From Candidatus Udaeobacter sp. (GTDB lineage: Bacteria > Patescibacteriota > Patescibacteriia > Magasanikbacterales > GWA2-37-8): a stretch of DNA of 64,000 nt. The stretch spans positions 4,399 through 68,398 of the forward strand of contig DATION010000005.1 of NCBI GenBank assembly GCA_035473115.1, written 5' to 3'. The translations under genes were made by a program, and so were the position numbers. Shown here in pieces: positions 18,880-27,670 of the stretch; the stretch's first letter is position 1; each line of letters opens with the position of its first letter. Below the pieces are notes generated by a model, which was not told where the DNA came from, did not search any database, and saw only the letters and a list, made by a program, of their open reading frames with translations.

Positions 18880-19764
18880 ATGCCGGAGGGATCTGCCGCT
18901 CGAAAATTAGATACTATATCCCAACAAGAAGCGGGCGATTCTTTGGCTGCCGATAAAGCTTGGAGCGCGGTTGATTTTAGCAAATCCGGCGTCAATGACA
19001 ACGTTCAGCCTTCCACTCAGGAACCGGAAAAAGAAACAGATGCTCCGCCGGAAGATGAATCATCTTTTAACCAAAACGAACAAACCTCTCCACAAAACGA
19101 TTATTCACAAGGGCAACTAGACGACCAACAGCAATTTGAAGCAGCTGCCAACTTGAGCAATGATAAACAACGACAGCTTCGACAAATACAAATGGAAAGA
19201 AAAGCTCTGCAAACAGAACTGGAGGAACTGGAAAAAGACCTAACTGATTTTAAAAACTCAAGAGTAATGGGTTTTTTCTCAATTTTCCAGCCTAGAATAA
19301 ACCAACTTATTGACAGCCTGATTAACCAGCTAAAAAAACAGGCGCGTAACTTGGCTGATGAAGCAAAAGTTAATTTTTTAACGGCTATCCTCGTTACAGT
19401 TAATAGCTTGATCGGCACTCTAACCGGCTTAAAATTTTTTGCCGCTTTTTTGGATGCTCTTTTCATTTCCCAAGTATCTGCCGTAAAGCTGATTGCCAAA
19501 ACACTCGAAACCATCATAATTCCGATCATTCTGCTTTTAATAATGCCGATTTACGTACCATTTTTGACAGTACTCTTTATGATGGGCAAATTTCCTTTGC
19601 TCAAAGGCAAACTTACTCAAAACCTAATAAAGCTAATTGAAAAATTAAAAAAACAACGAGCTGTCTGGGATGCTGAGCTGGCCAAAGCAAAAAGAAAAGT
19701 AAATCTAAAAAAACAACTCAAATCGCTTAACAAATTTGAAAAACAAGTTAAAAAGTGGCGTTAG
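18880..19764 (+). CDS. Hypothetical membrane protein (acidic disordered N-terminus, coiled coils, TM segments)
   Basis: 294-aa ORF in operon with clpC. Confidence 0.75.
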   Translation: MPEGSAARKLDTISQQEAGDSLAADKAWSAVDFSKSGVNDNVQPSTQEPEKETDAPPEDESSFNQNEQTSPQNDYSQGQLDDQQQFEAAANLSNDKQRQLRQIQMERKALQTELEELEKDLTDFKNSRVMGFFSIFQPRINQLIDSLINQLKKQARNLADEAKVNFLTAILVTVNSLIGTLTGLKFFAAFLDALFISQVSAVKLIAKTLETIIIPIILLLIMPIYVPFLTVLFMMGKFPLLKGKLTQNLIKLIEKLKKQRAVWDAELAKAKRKVNLKKQLKSLNKFEKQVKKWR

Positions 19765-19841
19765 CGGCTGGATTACAAGTATCTTTTTAAGATTTTATGG
19801 TATAATATCTTCTAAAGTAAGCTAAGCTTGTTAAATTCACT

Positions 19842-21071
19842 ATGTCTCTCTCTAAAAGAATCCTGTTAATAATATCTTTTCTCGCTCTTGTAGGCCTGAT
19901 TGGCTATGGATTATATTTTATTTTTACTAGTACTGGCAAAATTGGCCAAGCTCCGCAACTGCCAGCTGGCAATATTACCACCACCGGGCAACTGCCGGTT
20001 TCTGGCCATGCGCCATCAACTACCCCTGGCACAACCAGAGGGCCAAATGGTGAAATTCTGCCAATATCGGGTGTTATCGAAACTACCACTCCGTCTTACT
20101 ATAAACCGGATGCTGTTAAACAGATTACCTCAGAAACCGCCATCTACCCATCTTTAAACACCGGCGGTGACCTCAGATTTTACAATGCAAACAATGGTAA
20201 ATTTTACCGAGCCATGCCCAGCGGCGAGATTAAAACTCTGTCCGATCAAGTATTTTATAACGCTCAAAAAGTTACCTGGGCAAAAAACATAAACGAAGCA
20301 GTTATAGAATACCCGGACAATTCAAAAATAATTTACAATTTTGACGCCAACAAACAGGTAACTTTACCAAAACATTGGCAAGATTTTTCTTTCTCGGCAG
20401 ACGGCGGCCAGATTGCAGCCAAAAGTATTGGCACAGATCCATCCAACCGCTGGCTGGTAATAGTTAATAATGACGGCACCGGAGCTAGGCTAATTGAACC
20501 AATGGGAGATAATGCCGACAAAGTTACCGTAGATTGGTCACCTAGCCAGCAGGTAGTAGCTTTTTCTCAAACGGGCGCTCCCCAAGGCGGAGAAAGACGC
20601 GAAGTTCTTTTTGTTGGTTTAAACGGAGAAAATTTTAAATCAGCTATCGTCGAAGGATCCGGATTTGAACCGAAATGGTCAACAACCGGCAAAAAATTAT
20701 TATATAGCGTCTACAGCGCCGGCAGTGATTTTAAACCAGAGCTATGGCTAGTTGACTCTTACGGCGACAGCATTGGCGATAATCGCCGTTTACTAAAACT
20801 TAACACTTGGGCGGATAAATGCACTTTTAGCAATGATGACACTGCCTTTTGCGCTGTCCCTAAAAATCTGCCGACTGGCGCGGGCATGTCTCGCGATATT
20901 GCCGCCAACAATTATGATGATTTATACAAGATAGACTTAAAAACCGGCTTAAAATCCCCTATTCCTCTAAACAGTAACTACAACATTACCAATATTTCTT
21001 ACGACCCTGGACATAATAAGATAATTTTTACCGATTTAAATAAAACCGGTGTTTTTGAGTCGCAACTCTAA
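19842..21071 (+). CDS. Membrane-anchored beta-propeller (TolB-like) protein
   Basis: N-terminal TM, Pro/Thr linker, repeats FSFSADG, WSPSQQ and PKWSTTG. Confidence 0.7.
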   Translation: MSLSKRILLIISFLALVGLIGYGLYFIFTSTGKIGQAPQLPAGNITTTGQLPVSGHAPSTTPGTTRGPNGEILPISGVIETTTPSYYKPDAVKQITSETAIYPSLNTGGDLRFYNANNGKFYRAMPSGEIKTLSDQVFYNAQKVTWAKNINEAVIEYPDNSKIIYNFDANKQVTLPKHWQDFSFSADGGQIAAKSIGTDPSNRWLVIVNNDGTGARLIEPMGDNADKVTVDWSPSQQVVAFSQTGAPQGGERREVLFVGLNGENFKSAIVEGSGFEPKWSTTGKKLLYSVYSAGSDFKPELWLVDSYGDSIGDNRRLLKLNTWADKCTFSNDDTAFCAVPKNLPTGAGMSRDIAANNYDDLYKIDLKTGLKSPIPLNSNYNITNISYDPGHNKIIFTDLNKTGVFESQL

Positions 21072-21072
21072 A

Positions 21073-21152
21073 TTATATAAACTAAAAAGTTTATATAAAC
21101 TCATTCGCTCGGAAATAATTTGGCAAGCTAATTATTTCACTCACTCATTTCG
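21073..21152 (+). repeat. Family C element, copy C2
   Basis: Hairpin TTATATAAACT/AGTTTATATAA plus CTCATTCGCTCGG-AAATAATT-TGGCAAGCT-AATTATTT-CACTCACTCATTTCG. Confidence 0.82.
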
Positions 21153-21155
21153 CTT

Positions 21156-21800
21156 ATGAAAAAATTTTACTTCCTATTTCTTCTTGTGGTAATTATGGCC
21201 GGTTTTCTTTTTTATAAACAAATTATTCGCGCCCGGCAAATCACTGTTCACCGAACTACCGCGCCTTTAATATCCAATAATACCACTTTTATAGCAGACT
21301 CCGGCTCTCAACAGACCCTGGGCAACCCCGGAGCAGCTTTGACAGTAGTTGAATTTGTCGATATCAGCTGCGCTCGCTGCCTAACTTTGCATTCAGCCAT
21401 AAAAGACTTCACTACCAAGCACCCTCAAGACATTCGCCTTATTTGGAAAGATGATCCTAAGCCTGGAGTATTATCAAACTACACTCTGGCTCATCAAGCT
21501 GGTTACTGCGCCGGTCAACAAGAAAAATTCTGGCAGTTCCTAGATGCGGCAATCAGCCAACGCAACGATCTATCCGAAACGGGTTTGAAAAAAATTGCTT
21601 TTAGTTTAAATTTAGATTTAGACAAATTTAGCCAATGCCTCAATAGCCCGACCACCAAACAAGCTATTGCCGACTCGGTTCAGGCTGCCGACCAATTAGG
21701 CATCAGATCTCTGCCGGCAATTTTTGTAAACAACAAACTAATCAATACTGACAAAGAAGTAAATATTGAACAGATGCTGGGAAACTTTACCGCCAAATAA
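21156..21800 (+). CDS. DsbA-family thioredoxin-fold oxidoreductase
   Basis: N-terminal TM, GNPGAALTVVEFVD, CARC active site and GIRSLPAIFVN cis-Pro loop. Confidence 0.85.
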   Translation: MKKFYFLFLLVVIMAGFLFYKQIIRARQITVHRTTAPLISNNTTFIADSGSQQTLGNPGAALTVVEFVDISCARCLTLHSAIKDFTTKHPQDIRLIWKDDPKPGVLSNYTLAHQAGYCAGQQEKFWQFLDAAISQRNDLSETGLKKIAFSLNLDLDKFSQCLNSPTTKQAIADSVQAADQLGIRSLPAIFVNNKLINTDKEVNIEQMLGNFTAK

Positions 21801-21801
21801 T

Positions 21802-23265
21802 ATGCAGAAAAAAAATAAACTGCCAATAAAAATATTTTTGATTTTTATCTTTTTTTTATTTGCTAATTTTGTCTTAAAAATAAACCCCAACGCCAATGCT
21901 TCCGAAATAGGCTGCTGCCAAAAAATCGAGTCTACTCTTGTTGGTGATGGGTCTTTTATTCAAAATTCTATTGAACAATGTTGGCATACGAGACCAGAGA
22001 ACTGCACTTCCTACGGGCCAGGTTTCAGCTGGGAATTTAAACCTGAACCCTGTAATACCATCCAAGAGTGTGCCAGCAATACTCAACCAGCTGCCGAAGC
22101 AAAATGTGATGCCAACGGCTGCGAAGATATAACCCAAGCCCCAACTAATTTTTCTAAATTACAAGCTGATGTCTTGGGCAACAAGCGCAAGCCACTGCTA
22201 GAAATAAATATTCCCGGACTTAATTTTTCCGACTTAGCATCCAGCAGTGATGATACTGGCACTTACATCTACGTTCCTTGGATACAAGAATTAATTTCCG
22301 CTTTATACAAATTCGGGATTGCCATAGTCAGCATCGTGGCCGTCGTAATAATAATTATTCAAGGAATGAGAGTTATTGTGTCTGGCGGCGGCGAAGGTAC
22401 AGGTGAGGCTTACAAGAAAATTTTCCAGTCCATAATCGGACTATTTATCGCCTGGGGATCCTATGCTATTTTATATAACATAAATCCGTCTCTGGTCCAA
22501 TTTAAAGCCTTAAAAGTTAAGGTGGTAGAAAGAGTGGAACTGCCAGCAGTGTTGCAAATGCAGACAACTCAGGGAGATACTCTTGCCAAAACGGATAACG
22601 GAGCAACTCCAGGTACATACACCCCAAGATTTTCCAGCTGCCCAATAACTCTAACCAGCGCCTCAAGCAATGACAAGTTATCGGCGCGCACCAAAGAATT
22701 TTTTGAAAAAATAGGTTCTGGATCAACTATCACCGGAGCAACACCGGCCGAACGTGTTTTACAAATCGCCGACGCAGCTGTTGAATGCGGTATAGCTATG
22801 GGATCATGTGGCCGAACGGCCGGAGAAATTTATAATCTAGCTGGAGTAATAACTGCCGCCTATCCTAACTCAAGCTGCCTTTTAACTAATCATGGCTGTG
22901 AACCTCAGGGAGACAAAGAGGTTCATTCCTTGCCAAGAGCTATCATTCTTAACTCATTAGTTACCCATACCGATGGCACAATAGTACCGATAACTGATGT
23001 ACAAAAATTGGTTTTTGGTGAAAATATTCCCGGCTGGCCAGATGCTTGGGCAGACCAATTACAACCCGGGGATGCCATTTGGGTTTATAATGGCAACGCT
23101 TTTGGCGGAAATCATACAGCTATTTTTGTCGGCTGGGGATCTGGCGGTAATGCGCAGGTAATACAAGGCAGCGCTGGCTTGGCAACTTTTAGAGGCTCCC
23201 TCTGTATCAAAAAAGAATGCGGAGATAAAATGCTGCCGATAATAAAAACTTTCCGACCAAAATAA
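21802..23265 (+). CDS. Cys-rich secreted protein with CPR pilin-like (TrbC/VirB2-like) TM hairpin and possible C-terminal NlpC/P60-CHAP-like domain
   Basis: Signal peptide, many Cys, IVAVVIIIIQGMRVIVSGG...IIGLFIAWGSYAILYNINPSL; later SCG...GDAIWV...HTAIFVG. Confidence 0.65.
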   Translation: MQKKNKLPIKIFLIFIFFLFANFVLKINPNANASEIGCCQKIESTLVGDGSFIQNSIEQCWHTRPENCTSYGPGFSWEFKPEPCNTIQECASNTQPAAEAKCDANGCEDITQAPTNFSKLQADVLGNKRKPLLEINIPGLNFSDLASSSDDTGTYIYVPWIQELISALYKFGIAIVSIVAVVIIIIQGMRVIVSGGGEGTGEAYKKIFQSIIGLFIAWGSYAILYNINPSLVQFKALKVKVVERVELPAVLQMQTTQGDTLAKTDNGATPGTYTPRFSSCPITLTSASSNDKLSARTKEFFEKIGSGSTITGATPAERVLQIADAAVECGIAMGSCGRTAGEIYNLAGVITAAYPNSSCLLTNHGCEPQGDKEVHSLPRAIILNSLVTHTDGTIVPITDVQKLVFGENIPGWPDAWADQLQPGDAIWVYNGNAFGGNHTAIFVGWGSGGNAQVIQGSAGLATFRGSLCIKKECGDKMLPIIKTFRPK

Positions 23266-23297
23266 AAATATAATTCTGACTCACTTCACCTGTACCT

Positions 23298-24644
23298 ATG
23301 AAAAGCAATACCATTTTTTCCTGTTCTAACTGCGGCGCTCAATTCCAAAAATGGACTGGGCGCTGTTTAGAATGCGGCAAATGGGGCACAATTACTGAGA
23401 TCCAAGCCACTGCGCAGACTGCCGTGTCTAAAAAAGAACTGGCTTACCCCACAATTGAAACTACAACTTTAGAAAAAATAGACAGTAAAAAATTTACCCG
23501 ACTAAAAACAAACATTGAGGAATTAGATAGAGTTTTGGGCGGCGGTTTAGTACCTGGCTCTATTATTTTACTTGGCGGCGAACCGGGTGTTGGCAAATCA
23601 ACTTTGGCACTGCAGCTGGCCGCTATCATCCCCCATTCTCTTTATATTTCTGGAGAAGAATCGGTGGAACAAATAAAACTGCGGGCCGAACGCTTAAAAA
23701 TTTCTGCTAATACTTTAAAACTCGGCAATTCTACTGCCATAGAAAGTATTATTGAAACTATAAAACAAAATAAAGAATGCAATTTAGCAATTGTTGATTC
23801 TATCCAGACAGTTTATGCGGCCGAAGTGGAAGGCGAAGCTGGCAACATAAACCAAGTCCGCGCCTGTACCACCAAACTTCTGGAGCTGGCAAAATCAACT
23901 AATAAAACGATAATTCTTATCGGCCAAGTAACCAAAGAAGGCACAGTGGCCGGACCAAAAACTTTAGAACATTTGGTCGATGCAGTTTTATATTTAGAAG
24001 GCGATAAATATCATATTTTTCGAATTTTGCGCGCTGCCAAAAACCGCTTTGGCTCCACCGACGAAATCGGCGTATTCTCTATGGAAAGCCATGGCCTGCA
24101 AGAAATAAAAAACCCTTCTGAAGCCTTTCTGGCCGGACGAGGCGAGGCAGTGCCCGGATCAACCATTACCTGTTTAATGGAAGGCAGCCGGCCAGTGCTA
24201 ATAGAAATCCAAGCTCTGGTGACCAAAACAAACTTTGGCTATCCGCAAAGACGAGCTTCAGGATTTGATTTAAATCGTTTGCAGCTGCTGGTTGGAGTTT
24301 TAGGAAAACGCGCTGACTTACCGCTCGATACTTATGATATTTTTCTCAATGTCGTGGGCGGACTGGAAGCTTCCGAGCCAGCCGCAGATTTAGCAGTAGT
24401 TTTGGCTCTGGCTTCAGCTTTAAAAAATAAAGCTATTTCTAAAAACATTGCTTCCTTTGGAGAAGTTGGACTAGGCGGAGAAATCCGGCCGGTTTCGCAA
24501 ACAGAAAAACGCTTAAACGAAATTAAAAAAATGGGATTTGAATTTGCTGTTATTCCATCTTTAAAAAATCCAACTAAAATTTCAGGTCTTAAAATTGCTT
24601 CAGTTAAAAATGTAAAGGAATTGGTGGAACAGGTTTTGAAGTGA
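23298..24644 (+). CDS. radA: DNA repair protein RadA/Sms
   Basis: Zn finger CSNCG...CLECG, GEPGVGKS, KNRFG and Lon-like C-terminus. Confidence 0.97.
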   Translation: MKSNTIFSCSNCGAQFQKWTGRCLECGKWGTITEIQATAQTAVSKKELAYPTIETTTLEKIDSKKFTRLKTNIEELDRVLGGGLVPGSIILLGGEPGVGKSTLALQLAAIIPHSLYISGEESVEQIKLRAERLKISANTLKLGNSTAIESIIETIKQNKECNLAIVDSIQTVYAAEVEGEAGNINQVRACTTKLLELAKSTNKTIILIGQVTKEGTVAGPKTLEHLVDAVLYLEGDKYHIFRILRAAKNRFGSTDEIGVFSMESHGLQEIKNPSEAFLAGRGEAVPGSTITCLMEGSRPVLIEIQALVTKTNFGYPQRRASGFDLNRLQLLVGVLGKRADLPLDTYDIFLNVVGGLEASEPAADLAVVLALASALKNKAISKNIASFGEVGLGGEIRPVSQTEKRLNEIKKMGFEFAVIPSLKNPTKISGLKIASVKNVKELVEQVLK

Positions 24645-24647
24645 ACG

Positions 24648-24740
24648 ATTTAATAGGTGCTAATTTTTTTGTTTCCAAATGCCCTGCGGGCACCCTCCCG
24701 AGGGCGCGATGGAAACTGCTAAAATTGGCACCTATTAAAT
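24648..24740 (-). repeat. Family B element, copy B2
   Basis: Reverse complement core GCAGTTTCCATCGCGCCCTCGGGAGGGTGCCCGCAGGGCATTTGGAAAC; 20-bp outer stem. Confidence 0.88.
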
Positions 24741-24743
24741 TTA

Positions 24744-24825
24744 AAAACTAAAATAAATAATAATTTTGCAGTGGCCATGCGATTATGCTCATTGGACACA
24801 AAAAATTATTATTTATTTTAGTTTT
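24744..24825 (+). repeat. Family B element, copy B3 (reduced core)
   Basis: Perfect 24-bp outer stem AAAACTAAAATAAATAATAATTTT/complement around GCAGTGGCCAT...TTGGACAC. Confidence 0.8.
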
Positions 24826-24838
24826 GATTTCCAGACCC

Positions 24839-26920
24839 CTATTCCAAATGGGTTTTATTCTCCCAATCTTTTACTTTTGCTAAAACCTGTGGAAAATCTT
24901 TTAAATTTAAAATAATACTTTTGGCCGCATCGCGGGCTTTTTTTATCAAATCTCTGTCGGTTAATTTGGCTAAATGCAAGTTCATTTCTCCGCTTTGCTC
25001 TTTGCCATAAACTTCTCCTGGACCACGTATTTCCAAATCTTTTTCCGCTAATTTAAAGCCGTCACTGGTTTGTTCAAAAAACTTTAATCTTTCTAAAGAT
25101 CGTTGAGAGTTTGTGTTGGTAAATAATAAACAATAAGATTGATGCTGCGACCGGCCTACCCGACCACGAAACTGATGCAGCTGTGCCAAACCAAAACTTT
25201 CCGCGCCCTCAATCATCATAATACTAGCATTAGGAATATCTATCCCAACTTCAATTACGGAAGTGGCGACCAATAAATCCAAACTACCCGATTTAAACTT
25301 AGCCATTACTCCTTCTTTTTCGAGAGGCTTTAGTTTGCCATGTAAAAAACCAATCCTTAAATCGGGAAAAATATTTTCTGATAATTTTTTATACTCAGCC
25401 ATCACAGTTTTTTTCTCAACGCCAAATAAAGAAAAATCTAAACCAGCTGGCTTTTTGTCTTCCTCAGCATCTTTGCTTTCTTCTATAAGCGGACAGACAA
25501 TAAAGGCTTGTCTGCCTTTTTTGATTTGCTCTTGGATAAAATCATACGCCTTGCTTCTATTAGCTGGTTCAACCACTCGAGTAATAATTTTTTTCCGTCC
25601 CGGCGGCAACTCATTAATAATAGAAATATCTAAATCTCCATAAATAACCAAGGCCAAAGACCGAGGAATTGGTGTAGCTGTCATGCTCAAAAAATGTACA
25701 CCCAAACCTTTTTGCTTGATTAACTTTCTTTGCTCTACGCCAAAACGGTGCTGTTCATCTACAATTACTAAGCCGAGTTTTTTAAAATTAACATTGTCTG
25801 TCAATAAAGCATGCGTGCCAACAATAATATTTATTTCTCCGCTATTTACCCGGCCAACAATTTCTTTTTTTACTTTAGCTGTTTGACTACCAGTCAACAA
25901 ACCAATATTTATATTTAACTTACTAAATAATTTGGTTAAAGATTGATAATGCTGTTGAGCCAAAATTTCTGTTGGCGCCATTAGCGCTACTTGATAACCA
26001 TTTAAAAAAGCATCATACGCTGCTATAGCTGCCACCACTGTTTTTCCGGAGCCAACATCTCCGGAAACCAAACGATTCATTGGTTTGGTTTTAGCAATAT
26101 CCTGTAAAATTTCCCAAGTAGAAATTTTTTGTGACTTAGTTAAAGTAAATGGCAAAGATTGTATAAAATCCTTAATTTTATCTTCCTTAAAAATTATTGG
26201 CGCAGCTTGCGCGGCTGATCTTTCCTGCCTAGCCAGCTCTGCTTGCAGCTGAACTAAAAATAACTCATCAAACTTTAACCTGTCAGTGCTTAATTTGAGA
26301 TCTTTATCATCTATGGGGAAATGAATACCTCGCAAAGCGCTTGCTAGCGGTGCCAAATCAGCTTGCTCCAAAACACTTTCCGGCAGCCACTCTTTTATTT
26401 TATCCGCTAAATCTAAAGATTGTTTAATCAAAAACCGAATCTGCTTTTGCGTTAAACCATGAGTAGTCGAATAAATTGGCACCAAGCGCGCAGTGTGAGT
26501 ATTTTTATCTTTAGAAAACTTCTCATAAATTGGACTGGTCAACTTTGGCCCCAACATATCAACCTGAACTTTCCCAGACAAATAGACAATATCTCCGACT
26601 TGCAGATTTTTGGTTATGAACGGTTGATTGAACCAAACTATTCGCAATGAACCGCTCTTATCCGAAACCAAAGCTTCGGTAATTGTTTTGCGGCTGCGAA
26701 AACTTTTTTTATTGGCAATCAACTCTACCTGACCACAAATAGTTACCATTTGTCCGGCTTGCAACTGTGCAATCGGTAAAATAGTTCGGTAATCTTCATA
26801 ACGGAAAGGAAAATAATACAACAAATCCTTGGCAGTTTTAACTCCAAGGTAGGCAAATTTTTTAGCTGTTTTTTTACCCACTCCTCCCAGTTCGGATATT
26901 GAAGTATTAAAATCTAGCAT
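24839..26920 (-). CDS. recG: ATP-dependent DNA helicase RecG
   Basis: Wedge OB fold, GDVGSGKT, DEQHRFG, MTATPIPRS and QLHQFRGRVGR; start placed at MLDFN. Confidence 0.97.
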   Translation of the reverse strand: MLDFNTSISELGGVGKKTAKKFAYLGVKTAKDLLYYFPFRYEDYRTILPIAQLQAGQMVTICGQVELIANKKSFRSRKTITEALVSDKSGSLRIVWFNQPFITKNLQVGDIVYLSGKVQVDMLGPKLTSPIYEKFSKDKNTHTARLVPIYSTTHGLTQKQIRFLIKQSLDLADKIKEWLPESVLEQADLAPLASALRGIHFPIDDKDLKLSTDRLKFDELFLVQLQAELARQERSAAQAAPIIFKEDKIKDFIQSLPFTLTKSQKISTWEILQDIAKTKPMNRLVSGDVGSGKTVVAAIAAYDAFLNGYQVALMAPTEILAQQHYQSLTKLFSKLNINIGLLTGSQTAKVKKEIVGRVNSGEINIIVGTHALLTDNVNFKKLGLVIVDEQHRFGVEQRKLIKQKGLGVHFLSMTATPIPRSLALVIYGDLDISIINELPPGRKKIITRVVEPANRSKAYDFIQEQIKKGRQAFIVCPLIEESKDAEEDKKPAGLDFSLFGVEKKTVMAEYKKLSENIFPDLRIGFLHGKLKPLEKEGVMAKFKSGSLDLLVATSVIEVGIDIPNASIMMIEGAESFGLAQLHQFRGRVGRSQHQSYCLLFTNTNSQRSLERLKFFEQTSDGFKLAEKDLEIRGPGEVYGKEQSGEMNLHLAKLTDRDLIKKARDAAKSIILNLKDFPQVLAKVKDWENKTHLE

Positions 26921-26985
26921 AATAATGCGGTTATTATAGCATAAAATAGACAATATAATAGCTATGTTAAGGCAAATTTGATACA

Positions 26986-27014
26986 TTGACAAAACTCATA
27001 ATTTGTGTTACTAT
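26986..27014 (+). promoter_or_regulatory. Sigma70 promoter (extended -10) of orphan 27157..27507
   Basis: TTGACA-17 nt-TACTAT with TGn. Confidence 0.7.
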
Positions 27015-27156
27015 TATTTGTTGCTCTTTTTATCCGCATAAACTTCCTAGCGCTGTATTCATTATAAAATAGTAAATATAGCAATAGGGAGTTTTGCTAC
27101 AAAAAACAGCTTGAAGCAACAACTCTAAAGATGAGTTGTCAAATAAGGAGAGCGCT

Positions 27157-27507
27157 ATGTCTGGACAATCACTTGAAGAAACACTTCTTGCTCGCCTTGC
27201 GAAAATCAGGAGAACTGATTGCGAGCATATTCCTGGCTTCTTCACCGTAGTCCTGATTGTTAGGCACTACTTTGAAGAATACTCCGGTATTCGAGAAGGT
27301 GTACAAATGAGCCAAAGCTCATTACCGGAGCACCTCATAGCTGCACTCAAAATGGTTCAGAGCCAGAATATTGATGATGGCCGCATTAATACCTTACGGT
27401 ACCTGTACACTACGGAAGTAAGCTGGGGACATTTACCAGATATACAAACTCTAATAGAGAGGATAGCCCAAGACCCTGAAATAATCTTCAGAAGAAAGAC
27501 TACCTGA
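27157..27507 (+). CDS. Hypothetical orphan protein
   Basis: SD AAGGAG 6 nt before the ATG (MSGQSLEE...); own promoter and terminator. Confidence 0.65.
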   Translation: MSGQSLEETLLARLAKIRRTDCEHIPGFFTVVLIVRHYFEEYSGIREGVQMSQSSLPEHLIAALKMVQSQNIDDGRINTLRYLYTTEVSWGHLPDIQTLIERIAQDPEIIFRRKTT

Positions 27508-27615
27508 CCGCCAACAGCATAAACGATCTGTGACAGGACCTTATCAAAGGCCGTCCCAACTCGTTATGATTATCAACTTGGTAATTATAACGAGGACGGT
27601 CTTCAAAAAAATATT

Positions 27616-27652
27616 AAAGAACACCCATAAAATTTTATGGGTGTTCTTTTTT
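27616..27652. terminator. Bidirectional terminator between the orphan and pilB
   Basis: Perfect palindrome AAAGAACACCCATAAAA/TTTTATGGGTGTTCTTT plus T run. Confidence 0.75.
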
Positions 27653-27670
27653 AACTCAACGAAATTCAAA

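Noticed and set aside
25410-25480. Extra peptide segments in RecG (and similarly in QueA, GyrB and UvrA) as repeat insertions
   Set aside because: No convincing palindrome or match to families A-E is visible in the underlying DNA.
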